DNA of 64,000 bases from Candidatus Magasanikiibacteriota bacterium (GCA_023246655.1 JAHFHX010000004.1:2762-66761); one strand, 5' to 3'. Shown: positions 29,280-37,988, counted from the stretch's first letter. Numbers and translations: made by a program. Notes: generated by a model from the sequence alone, not told the origin.

Positions 29280-30347
29280 TTAAGAATAAGAATTAATGAA
29301 CTGGTTGAGTATAGAGTAATAACTTTCTAAGCTTTTGAGATCGGCCCACTCATTTTTAGCATGGTAGTTACGGCCAATTGGGCCAAATACTACGACAGGC
29401 AGTCCTGCCTCCGAAAAATATTTGGCATCAGAACCAGTGGCCGATTTTTCGAAAGCAGTGGTTTGGCACGTAAATACGTCCAGTAATTTTTTTAATCGTT
29501 GTAGATTACAATTATTTTTTGGCACGGTCATCAGTGGTTTTACCACGCAACCTATCTTTAGCCGCGGCTCTTTAATTTTTTTAATGCCATTTAGCAGTTG
29601 GCGTTTGTCTTCTCCGTTAGTGTAGCGGATGTTTAGAGTTGCCGTGGCAGTAGCAGGGATGCTATTTTTAGCTTCACCGCCGGCCAGGGTAGTTAAAGAA
29701 ATAGTGGGGCGGAATTTTTTTTTGGTTTTCCACAAGGGCAAGTTTTGCAGTTGGGTAATTTTGGCTATTAATTTATCGAGCGCGTTAACCCCGTTTTGCG
29801 GTTCAGCGCTGTGCGCGGCCCGGCCGCGGTAGGTTAGGGTTACATTAACAGTGCCTTTTTGTTGTGTTACCAAATTAAAATCAGTCTGCTCGGCAACAAT
29901 CGTAAAATGGGGCCGTAGGTTTAGTTGTTGTATAGCGACGCGCGCGGCCGTGCCAGTGCTTTTTTCTTCGTCATCAACTAAGAGCAGGCTAAGCGGCGCC
30001 GTTCCAGCAGGGGCATTTTTTATTACCTCAATTAGCACTGCTACCGACCCCTTCATGTCTATGGCACCGCGGCCAAATAATTTATTACCAATTATTTTTG
30101 GAATATAATCGGCGTAATTGCCGGGGACGACATCAATATGCCCGACTAAACATATAATAGGTTTAGTGGTGGTGTTAGTAATGTAGAGAGCGGAGCCAAT
30201 TGGTGTTATGATTTTTTTTATTTTTAGTCGCGAATTTTTTAAATAATTAATAATAAAATTAAAACATTGTTTTTTTGCTTTTTGGTTGTCTTCAGTCGTA
30301 GGGAAACGGATGAGCTGTTTGGCGAGCTTAGTAATATTCTTTGTCAT
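29280..30347 (-). CDS. M20 family amidohydrolase (ArgE/DapE-like)
   Basis: GHIDVVP, GRGAIDMKG, DEE, AHSA.P..G.NA, HAKNEW. Confidence 0.92.
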   Translation of the reverse strand: MTKNITKLAKQLIRFPTTEDNQKAKKQCFNFIINYLKNSRLKIKKIITPIGSALYITNTTTKPIICLVGHIDVVPGNYADYIPKIIGNKLFGRGAIDMKGSVAVLIEVIKNAPAGTAPLSLLLVDDEEKSTGTAARVAIQQLNLRPHFTIVAEQTDFNLVTQQKGTVNVTLTYRGRAAHSAEPQNGVNALDKLIAKITQLQNLPLWKTKKKFRPTISLTTLAGGEAKNSIPATATATLNIRYTNGEDKRQLLNGIKKIKEPRLKIGCVVKPLMTVPKNNCNLQRLKKLLDVFTCQTTAFEKSATGSDAKYFSEAGLPVVVFGPIGRNYHAKNEWADLKSLESYYSILNQFINSYS

Positions 30348-30369
30348 ATTTTGTACTAAAGATATGGAG

Positions 30370-30403
30370 AGGAAGCGTGGAGAGGAGTCTCTCCACGCTT
30401 CCT
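30370..30403. other. Perfect 15-bp-stem hairpin with no U-tract at the 3' end of the GC-rich HisRS-like gene
   Basis: AGGAAGCGTGGAGAG-GAGT-CTCTCCACGCTTCCT. Confidence 0.8.
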
Positions 30404-30404
30404 G

Positions 30405-31352
30405 TTAGGTTTGTTCGAGCGACCGGGCAGTGCCGAGACGCAGGAGCCCCACGGCGAAGCCGATCGCCTGCCAGCCCTGGGGCATCCCGAAGCGGCGGGC
30501 GAGAGGACTGAAGTTGCCACCGCCGGCTACCTCGGTGAACTGCCGACCAGTCGTCGTGGTGTAGTCGGTTTCGAAAACCAGCCCTTCGTAGGTAAGCGGT
30601 CCACCTACCAACGTCCGCGACCAGCTGGCTTCTGGGTAGGTCGGGTTCAGGTCGAAGGGGGTGGAAGTCCACTGGCGGATGGTAGCGTGAAGGGGCGGCG
30701 GCACTATGCCCAGGATCTCGGCCAGAATCGGCTCCGTATTTTCCGACTCAGCGCGGGCGGTTTCGAGTTTGTCCATGAGCTTTCGTACCTTCCGCTGTAC
30801 TAGGTACGGAAGTTTGCTAATAAGCTTCACGAACGCGTTATGGTTGTTCAGTCGTACCCGCGGCTGATTTTTCAATCCAATCAGCCGGAACGTCTCATGT
30901 TGGATCTGGAGCAGAAGTTTTAGCAACTCATCCGCAGTGTAGATACTCGGCGCCAGGATTTCCGCCTCGAGTTGGGGGAAAACCGGCTCACGTACCCCCG
31001 GTAGGATTTCGGTTTCCACCCGGGCATAGGCCCCCACCGAAAGGTACAGGAGCGGCTGCGGCGGCAGGTGCCGCAGGTTGGCTACGAAGCTGAGGAGACA
31101 GCTCCGCGACACCACCTGGCCGGTTGCTTCGTCCTGGTAGTGATCTTCGAATTCGCTGGCCTCATCCAGCGTGCAGGCGCGGTAGGTTTCGTAGTCGGCC
31201 ACGCTCACCAGGAAGGCGGGGCAACCCTCCACCACCCTGAGCCCGCTTGCGAGTACAGCCGGGAGGTGGGCAATGAGCTGAAGCGCTGCCTTTCCTTCCG
31301 CAAACAGGGGGGAGGTCTCGACCGCCTTTTTCATCTGCACAAGGTCGTCCAT
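30405..31352 (-). CDS. Divergent HisRS/HisZ-like class II aaRS catalytic-domain protein (no anticodon domain), GC-rich
   Basis: R...FPQLEAE (motif 2), RLNN, YEGLVFE, VAGGGNFSPLARRFG, AIGFAVGLLRL (motif 3); SD AAAGGAG. Confidence 0.65.
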   Translation of the reverse strand: MDDLVQMKKAVETSPLFAEGKAALQLIAHLPAVLASGLRVVEGCPAFLVSVADYETYRACTLDEASEFEDHYQDEATGQVVSRSCLLSFVANLRHLPPQPLLYLSVGAYARVETEILPGVREPVFPQLEAEILAPSIYTADELLKLLLQIQHETFRLIGLKNQPRVRLNNHNAFVKLISKLPYLVQRKVRKLMDKLETARAESENTEPILAEILGIVPPPLHATIRQWTSTPFDLNPTYPEASWSRTLVGGPLTYEGLVFETDYTTTTGRQFTEVAGGGNFSPLARRFGMPQGWQAIGFAVGLLRLGTARSLEQT

Positions 31353-31473
31353 TGTTCTCCTTTGTTGCCGGCTTGGTTGTGCCGGTCCGTGGTACTTGCC
31401 GGTTCTGCCCCGGCAACCCTCGTTTCACGTACGAGTGTGATTAGCTAATTTCACTAAAGTACCTTTTGAAAAA

Positions 31474-31584
31474 TAAAAAATCCCGTTTGTACGGGATATG
31501 ACCTCGGAAATGCGAAACTCTACCTAGAGTTTGCTACCCGAGGTCGAGAAGATGATGTGAAAATTGTACGAACGCTTGTTTCAT
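31474..31584 (-). promoter_or_regulatory. His-leader attenuator: leader peptide MKQAFVQFSHHLLDLG (31534-31584) plus terminator
   Basis: Tandem CAT CAT codons; GACCTCGG/CCGAGGTC stem; ATCCCGT-ACAA-ACGGGAT followed by T-tract. Confidence 0.7.
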
Positions 31585-31585
31585 A

Positions 31586-31631
31586 TGTATTAACGTAGTA
31601 CTACAGTAACACAGAGGGGGAATGGTGTCAA
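31586..31631 (-). promoter_or_regulatory. Sigma70 promoter (TTGACA-17-TACTGT) overlapped by a 20-bp palindromic operator
   Basis: TGTATTAACGTAGTACTACA at 31586-31605; YerC/TrpR-like gene lies directly upstream. Confidence 0.65.
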
Positions 31632-31777
31632 GAGAAAGGTGTGGATAAATGCCTCAATATCTAATTTCTAATATCTAACAAAATGTCCAAACTATAATTT
31701 CCAAACATTAATCATAATTGGGTATTGATTATTGGGAATTTTATTAGGAATTAGATATTGGGTTAATTAGGAATTTT

Positions 31778-32074
31778 TTAGGTTAGTTTTTTGGCTATTT
31801 TTTTCAGAGCAGTCCGATATCCTCCTTCCCCATGTTCCAGCCACCAGGCAATGCGGGTAACGGTAGTGGTGGACACGCCCGTTTTTTTGGCAACGGCGCG
31901 ATAGGATTCGCCGTGGGCCAGGAGTTGAGCAATTTCCCAGCGCGTCCCCAGTTCTTTAAGCTCATCTAGGCTACAGAGGTCACGTAAAAATTTAAGTAAA
32001 TCGTCCTCATTTTTGAATGACAACAAAGCCCGGGCGAGACGTTTGAGAGCAAGGGTTTTCCAGTTTGATGACAT
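31778..32074 (-). CDS. YerC/YecD family TrpR-related repressor
   Basis: FLRDLCSLDELKELGTRW..A.LL..G.SYR.VA..TGVSTTTVTRIA..L..GEGGY. Confidence 0.92.
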   Translation of the reverse strand: MSSNWKTLALKRLARALLSFKNEDDLLKFLRDLCSLDELKELGTRWEIAQLLAHGESYRAVAKKTGVSTTTVTRIAWWLEHGEGGYRTALKKIAKKLT

Positions 32075-32086
32075 AATGTAGGGATT

Positions 32087-32686
32087 TTATTTGAACAATT
32101 TTTTGTGGAGTAGATACCCCACCGCGATGGCAGCACCAGCAATTATAATGGCCACCTTAATATGCTCAATCCAAGGGCCTACCCGCCCCCACAGCCCACC
32201 AAAGTAATAGCCAATAAGTAGAAAGACCGCACTCGCTGCAAATGTCCCTACCACATTAAAGATAATAAATTTTCTAACCCGCAGGTGGCAGACGCCAGCC
32301 ACAAATGGTACCACCGGGCGCAAGGGCCCAATGAAGCGCGCCAGAATAATACTCATATCACCAAAGCGACGAAAAAATTCTTCCCCCTTTTTATGGTGGG
32401 CGGCACGGAACAGGCGACTGTGCTTAAGACGTTCAGCGTTATGTTGCCCGAGGTAAAAACTTATGCCGTCTCCCAGAATACCGCCCAGCGCCACAAACCA
32501 AATGAGATCCCCAAAATCAAAAACACCTTGGGCTGCTAAAAAACCAACAAAGATGGTGATGGTGGTACCAGGAATAAACAGGCCAACAAAAGCCAGCGAT
32601 TCTAAAAAGGCTGCCAGAAGCACTACCCAGTAACCCCAGAGGCCAAGGTGCTGTAGTTTGGGGAGGAGAAGATGAAGATAATCCAT
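32087..32686 (-). CDS. DedA family membrane protein
   Basis: FLES..FVGLFIPG, LGDGISFYLG, ARFIGPLRP.VPF.AG. Confidence 0.93.
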   Translation of the reverse strand: MDYLHLLLPKLQHLGLWGYWVVLLAAFLESLAFVGLFIPGTTITIFVGFLAAQGVFDFGDLIWFVALGGILGDGISFYLGQHNAERLKHSRLFRAAHHKKGEEFFRRFGDMSIILARFIGPLRPVVPFVAGVCHLRVRKFIIFNVVGTFAASAVFLLIGYYFGGLWGRVGPWIEHIKVAIIIAGAAIAVGYLLHKKLFK

Positions 32687-32868
32687 AGGAGTCTGTGTAT
32701 CATAACAAATTAGGGTAGCGATTTCAATTTTTATTATTAGGACTTAAAACTTATCAACAAAAGCTACTCTTGATTTTTTTCTTAAAAGAGCCTATAGTAA
32801 TGCGTTGGCAATCTTGCCACATTGACCAATCCGCGGCCGAGCCGCGGTAAAGATAGGAGGTTCTACTA

Positions 32869-33528
32869 ATGAGCACTCTCACTCCGCGTCTCCGGGCGCA
32901 GGTCGAGTTGGCCATCCTCGCCGGTATCCTCAAGCCGGTTGATAAGGCCAAGCCTCACTTTGGCGAAGGCGTCGTGGCCGTGATGTGCCCTGACGGCGAT
33001 CAGGCGGGGAAGAAGCAATTTCTCGCTCAGCTCGTCACGGCGCAGCATGGGCAGGAGCGGGTCCACGACGTGGGCAAGTTCCACGGCGGCGCACTCGTGT
33101 TGTCGCCTACCTCGCCCTTGAGCAGCATGGCACCGTTCCTCGCTACGGCGCTTGCGATCCTCGCGCCGGACCGGGCAGCGCAGTGGGCCATCAAGCTCGC
33201 GCAGCCGCTTCTCGGTTTCGCGGGGCGAGCCATCCGGCTCGATCTGCTGCTCTTGTCCTTCCTCGCCATCGCGATCGACATGAAGAAGATTCGGACCGTG
33301 GTCCTCTACGTGCATGCGCCCTGCGGCGCAGCGCAGCATGCCGGCCTGGATTTCTTCGATGAGCTCAGGCACCTCGTGGCGGCCAAGCGTTTTCTCAAGC
33401 GCCGGCTTGGCCACCTTGGACTCAAGGTCCCCTGTTTCGTCCATGTCAACTTCGGTGGCGGACAGGAAGAGACCTACTTCGTGAAAACCCACGAAGTCGA
33501 AGCCTGGCTTGCGCAGGTCGCCCCTTAG
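32869..33528 (+). CDS. GC-rich protein with beta-carbonic-anhydrase-like CxD...HxxC motifs
   Basis: MCPDGD, HGGAL, HAPCGAA; SD AGGAGG. Confidence 0.6.
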   Translation: MSTLTPRLRAQVELAILAGILKPVDKAKPHFGEGVVAVMCPDGDQAGKKQFLAQLVTAQHGQERVHDVGKFHGGALVLSPTSPLSSMAPFLATALAILAPDRAAQWAIKLAQPLLGFAGRAIRLDLLLLSFLAIAIDMKKIRTVVLYVHAPCGAAQHAGLDFFDELRHLVAAKRFLKRRLGHLGLKVPCFVHVNFGGGQEETYFVKTHEVEAWLAQVAP

Positions 33529-33609
33529 CGCGGGGTGCAAGCTCCCGCCTCCGCTAGGCCCCCCGCCGGACCTAGCGTGAGGCACCCACACTGTGTTAAT
33601 GTATAAAAT

Positions 33610-34563
33610 ATGAGATTTGAAACATTTGGTCGCATGCTCGGTTTAGTTGCTACCCTTAGAGGCAGCGCTGAAGCCAAACCACCTAAACCTATGGAACATA
33701 TGCAAGCAGCAAATTTGGGTACTGAGCAACACCGTGAAGAGCAAGAGCGCGCTTTGTTTGCCAAGCTTGAGGAACGTAAAATGAATGCTCTGCGTAAGCA
33801 GGGCATGGGAAAATATGTGGAGAGTATTCCTCACCTTGAGCACGCGTTTCAGGAGGGTAAGACGGAAAGTTGTACCTGTATTGATGAACGGATTCCCGGC
33901 GGCAAGGTGCGGTTGGCCGGATCGGGGATACTTCTTTCCGGCGGAGCGGAGCAGGCGGCTGAATTACTTATTGCGGCTGGCGTTAAGGAGGTAACGAGCC
34001 ATGAGGGTTGTGGTGCCGCTGCCTTGGCTGCCAAGCAAGCCCACGCCCCCGATGCCAATGTCTATGGGCAGGAATTTGCTAAGCGCGTGGCTGCACTTAT
34101 GTCGCAAAAAATCGGCTACCCTGTTCGTCATCGCCATATTGCTGCCGCCGAGATGCGTCCGCCTAAAGATTTTTATAGTCATACAGAAATATCTAAATCT
34201 CCCGGGCACCACCCGGCACAAGCCGTGTATTATGATTTTACGGGTGGGTTTAATCCTACCAAGGTGCCAGAGTTGCCGCTTGGGTTTGTATCAAGTAGGC
34301 GATATGTTGGGCCAGAGACTGCTACCCACGATGCTCAATTGGCTGTTAAAATTGCCTTGGGGGCACATGGTTTAGGAAAAGATTATTTTCAAAATGGTCG
34401 TCAGGTCCGCGTTATTATTGTGGCGCGTAGCGCACAGGAATTGCAGCAGGCAAAGGCCGTTGAACTAGCCCCGGTGATGCAGGAGTTTGGAGAGACAGTA
34501 GCGATAGATGGTTTTGTAGTACCGAGGAAATTATTACCGCCTGCCGAGAATGCACTTAATTAG
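33610..34563 (+). CDS. Protein with beta/Cd carbonic-anhydrase-like CxDxR...HxxC motifs
   Basis: CIDERI, LAGSG, SHEGCGAA. Confidence 0.6.
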   Translation: MRFETFGRMLGLVATLRGSAEAKPPKPMEHMQAANLGTEQHREEQERALFAKLEERKMNALRKQGMGKYVESIPHLEHAFQEGKTESCTCIDERIPGGKVRLAGSGILLSGGAEQAAELLIAAGVKEVTSHEGCGAAALAAKQAHAPDANVYGQEFAKRVAALMSQKIGYPVRHRHIAAAEMRPPKDFYSHTEISKSPGHHPAQAVYYDFTGGFNPTKVPELPLGFVSSRRYVGPETATHDAQLAVKIALGAHGLGKDYFQNGRQVRVIIVARSAQELQQAKAVELAPVMQEFGETVAIDGFVVPRKLLPPAENALN

Positions 34564-34576
34564 AAACGATTTTTAA

Positions 34577-34612
34577 AATAAAACATCCCGACTGAGTCGG
34601 GATGTTTTTATT
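34577..34612. terminator. Palindrome family copy 3
   Basis: AATAAAACATCCCGACTGAGTCGGGATGTTTTTATT. Confidence 0.8.
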
Positions 34613-34839
34613 CTAGAAGATGCAAGTATTTTGTATGCTCTAGATGCAGGGTTTCATTGCGAGGAAACCCGACTCTTGGCCGGCGATAGTGTTATCGCCT
34701 GTTTCTTTTCAGCCGTCGTTTGGCCTGGCGACGGATATATTCCCGCGTGGCGGGACTATGGGAGGTGCCGAGATTCTCGGGAAGTACGGGCGGAATGGGT
34801 ACCGCCGTCGATTCCGAGCTCTCAGACTCGCGGTGGCGC

Positions 34840-35094
34840 CTAGGGCGCCACGTCGCTACCACCCGCGGGGAGTGGGCAGTAGGACTCGTTGCACGCCGGC
34901 TTGTGGGCCGGCGCGGCGGGCGCCGTCGGACGGTAGCCGGACGTGTCGATCACGTCGGCTCCGCCGGCCGGCAGGGGCGACCAGGGTCCGTGCGCCACGA
35001 AGGCGTGGACCATGATGGTCACCACGATCGCCACCAGGAGCGCGAACAGCGTCCCGGTGGAGATTTCCCGCCTTCTTCTCTTCTGAATGGCCAT
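34840..35094 (-). CDS. Small GC-rich single-TM protein
   Basis: SD AGGAGGAGGTG; promoter TTGACA-17-TATGCT near 35154-35182; repeated PLPAGG(A/S)DV. Confidence 0.65.
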   Translation of the reverse strand: MAIQKRRRREISTGTLFALLVAIVVTIMVHAFVAHGPWSPLPAGGADVIDTSGYRPTAPAAPAHKPACNESYCPLPAGGSDVAP

Positions 35095-35220
35095 GTTTCA
35101 CCTCCTCCTAAACTCCATAGTAATAAAGTTTAAAAGGAAATGAAAAACAAGCTAGCATACACCAAAAATACCCTTTTGTCAAGGATACTTGTATTATTTT
35201 GGCTCAGTTAAGCTAAGAAT

Positions 35221-35952
35221 TTATCGCACTACATCATACCCAACCCGAACTGTATTTGCCCCGTTTTGTTTGATTTTACGGATCGTCATTTTGTTAATTT
35301 CTGATAGATTGTTAACGTGCGTGCCGCCACAGGGTATACCAAAATTCCCAAACAGTACCACGCGGGCGGGTTTGCCTTCAGGAATATAATCCGGGACAAA
35401 GGTGCATACGGTGTTCAGTTGTTCTTTTGGCAGGAAGAGCAATGTTGTTGGCCGGGCTTCGGCGATAAATTTATTACAGAGTATTTCTAAATCAACTTTT
35501 ATTTTTTCTTTATCAACCCCTTCTAAATTGCCGGCATATTCTACGTATGGTCCGTCTGGAAAGTGGTAGCCTTTGCCCGGAATCCACGGGAGCTCATAGG
35601 TACTTACCGCCAGATCAACTATGTGGCCAGCAGAATGCAGGCGGCTGTAGAGCAAACGACGATCGCGGTTAACGTAGCAGGTAACCATTTCACCGCTCAT
35701 GAATAGTCCATTTTGAAATTTGCCAATATGCCGCACCAGCCCCGCTTCAAAACGCACTTCTTCTACCAAAAACTCAGCATTTTTTGATACAATCATTCCT
35801 TGATCATAGGGCTGCCCGCCACCTTGCGGGTAAAAAATAGTTTGGTCCAGGATAACAATATCCCGCCCCTCTTCTTTTAGGGCGGCAACAACTTTGGCTT
35901 CGTCGGTTAGTAAATTAAAATTTTCAAGATAGCGCAGTGTTGTTGGGTTCAT
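35221..35952 (-). CDS. AlaX-type alanyl-tRNA editing protein
   Basis: LDQTIFYPQGGGQPYD.G, HSAGH, PCGGTHV. Confidence 0.92.
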   Translation of the reverse strand: MNPTTLRYLENFNLLTDEAKVVAALKEEGRDIVILDQTIFYPQGGGQPYDQGMIVSKNAEFLVEEVRFEAGLVRHIGKFQNGLFMSGEMVTCYVNRDRRLLYSRLHSAGHIVDLAVSTYELPWIPGKGYHFPDGPYVEYAGNLEGVDKEKIKVDLEILCNKFIAEARPTTLLFLPKEQLNTVCTFVPDYIPEGKPARVVLFGNFGIPCGGTHVNNLSEINKMTIRKIKQNGANTVRVGYDVVR

Positions 35953-35987
35953 AGGGGATTTATCTTTATAATTTTATACCATAAAAG

Positions 35988-36881
35988 TTAGTTTTGTTGA
36001 ATGCAACTATTAAATTTTTGTATGCTCGTATTATAGGTAGCGACCAGGGTTTTAAATTCGCCGACAGCGGTATTGTAGTGCGCAACTAATTCGTTGTATT
36101 GGTCTACTTTCATTTTATACTTTTCATATTCCTCTTCAGTTTTTGGTTTATCGGTCTCTAATTCTGCTCGTAATTTTTCGATAGTTATTTGTTCGGTGGT
36201 CAGGTTGGTTTCCTGGGTTTTAATTTCAGCCAGCAGTGTTTCATTAACTAGGGGGCAGCTGGCCAGGGGGTGGCCAAAATGTTGCACGCCAATCCACGTT
36301 TTGTGACCTTCAAAAATACCTTGGCCAACGGCCACACCAATTTCGGTGAAACGTTGATTGAGGATATTGGCCCGATGGCCTGGACTATTCATCCAGGCTG
36401 TTACGATATCGGCGTCGCTATCAAAATTTCCCAAGGCAAGATTCTCGCCAATGATAATAAAACGATAATTAGTTTGCGTCGTTAGGTCTTTAACTGCTAC
36501 CCCACTGGGGGAGACATGTTCAAAATATTGTTGAGCAAACATATCCTTTAGTTTGAGTTCGGCAGAGGCATTAAGTTTAGTATTTTCTTTGAGGAGAGGA
36601 AGGCCAAGTTTTTGTCGTTCGCGATTGGTAGCAGTAATAACACCACTTCGAGTTAAGGTGGTTCCGGGTCGCTTGGTTGACCGGCGAAGCGGTGGAGGTG
36701 CAATAATTTCTGGTCGTAATTCCTGGGTAATTTTTTCAACCAAATTCGTTGTTGGTCGAATAAAGTTTTCCAACGGTGGTAGTTCCAACGTAAATTTTTG
36801 ATACCATTGACGGATGTCACCGCGAAATAACCAAAGACCAGCCACCATTATAAGTAAGATGAGGAGTTTCCAGGTTTTCAT
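35988..36881 (-). CDS. CAP (SCP-like) domain exported protein
   Basis: TNRER, YFEH.SP.G, GENLA, WMNSPGHRANIL. Confidence 0.92.
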   Translation of the reverse strand: MKTWKLLILLIMVAGLWLFRGDIRQWYQKFTLELPPLENFIRPTTNLVEKITQELRPEIIAPPPLRRSTKRPGTTLTRSGVITATNRERQKLGLPLLKENTKLNASAELKLKDMFAQQYFEHVSPSGVAVKDLTTQTNYRFIIIGENLALGNFDSDADIVTAWMNSPGHRANILNQRFTEIGVAVGQGIFEGHKTWIGVQHFGHPLASCPLVNETLLAEIKTQETNLTTEQITIEKLRAELETDKPKTEEEYEKYKMKVDQYNELVAHYNTAVGEFKTLVATYNTSIQKFNSCIQQN

Positions 36882-37771
36882 AGCATGAATTGAAATTGTT
36901 GTAATACTTTTTCACACGTTGCCGAACACACAGCCCGCCCGGTTTGTTGATAGCATTTTTCACAACAAATAAAATGGGCATTGCAACTTTTGAGATCGCA
37001 GTTAACATAATTCTCGCTGGGGTTTGCACATTTATCACAGCGGCCCACAATTTGGTGTGGGGTGGTAGGAGAATTGAAGCCAATAGTGACGCGGCCGTCG
37101 AAGACGTACAGTTTGCCTTTGAAATCTTCTTCCGGATATTTTTCCATATAGGAAACAATGCCATTTTCCAACTGATACACATCGGTAAAGCCATTTTTGA
37201 GAAGGAAGCCGGAGGCTTTTTCACAGCGCACGCCGCCGGTGCAGACGGTTACCACGGTTTTATTTTTAAGTTGTTCTAGGGCGGGCAAGATTTGGGAGAG
37301 ATTGCGGAAATTTTTAAGCGGCGGGAGAATGGAGTTTCGAAAAAAGCCAATTTTATGTTCGTAATCGTTGCGCATGTCGACGATGTAAAATTCTTTGTCG
37401 CTATGAATCCATTCGTGGAGCGTCTCTGCGGGTAAATGTTTCCCCGTCACTTGAGTAGGGTTTACATCAGCATCGCCCAAGTGTCCGCTAACTATTTCTG
37501 GCCGCACTTTAACGGAAAGGCGCGGGAAGGCGTTGCCCGTGCCCAGGCTTCGTTTAAAATTCATATCGGCGAAACGAGGATCGAGCTGCATTGCTTGGAT
37601 ATATTTTTCAGTATTCTCAGGCAGCCCTTCCACCGTGCCGTTGATACCTTCTTCGGCAATAATAATACGGCCTTTGAGGTTTAGGCGTTCGCAAAGTTCA
37701 CGTTGCTCGCGCATCAGCGCGGCGGGGTTTTCTATTAAAGTGTATTTGTAGTAGAGGAGGATTTGGTGCAT
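36878..37771 (-). CDS. trhO: Rhodanese-domain tRNA uridine hydroxylase (TrhO/YceA family)
   Basis: LKGRIIIAEEGINGT, DMRNDYE..IG.F, CTGGVRCEK, YQLENGI..Y. Confidence 0.9.
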   Translation of the reverse strand: MHQILLYYKYTLIENPAALMREQRELCERLNLKGRIIIAEEGINGTVEGLPENTEKYIQAMQLDPRFADMNFKRSLGTGNAFPRLSVKVRPEIVSGHLGDADVNPTQVTGKHLPAETLHEWIHSDKEFYIVDMRNDYEHKIGFFRNSILPPLKNFRNLSQILPALEQLKNKTVVTVCTGGVRCEKASGFLLKNGFTDVYQLENGIVSYMEKYPEEDFKGKLYVFDGRVTIGFNSPTTPHQIVGRCDKCANPSENYVNCDLKSCNAHFICCEKCYQQTGRAVCSATCEKVLQQFQFML

Positions 37772-37851
37772 AACGGCGAGAATTTCTAATTCACCTAATA
37801 TACGAATTGTTGCTAATTAATTTTCCCTAAATTTGGCTCAAATACCGTTTT

Positions 37852-37988
37852 GTCATCCCGAGCAAGCCTTCCGCCAAAGGCGGACACAGCGCGAGGCCTG
37901 CCCGCCTCTGGCGGGAGGGATCTCTCTGTCCGTCGTTGGTTGATTGAGACAGAGATTCCTCACCCCTGCGACGGGGATTCGGAATGAC
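37852..37988. repeat. Family-A element, intergenic, with nested mini-palindromes
   Basis: GTCATCCCGAGC...GAGGGATCTCTCTGTCCGTCGTTGGTTGATTGAGACAGAGATTCCTC...CGGAATGAC. Confidence 0.9.

Noticed and set aside
32866-33591. 241-aa minus-strand ORF
   Set aside because: Shadow of the + strand gene, which has the SD and metal-binding motifs.
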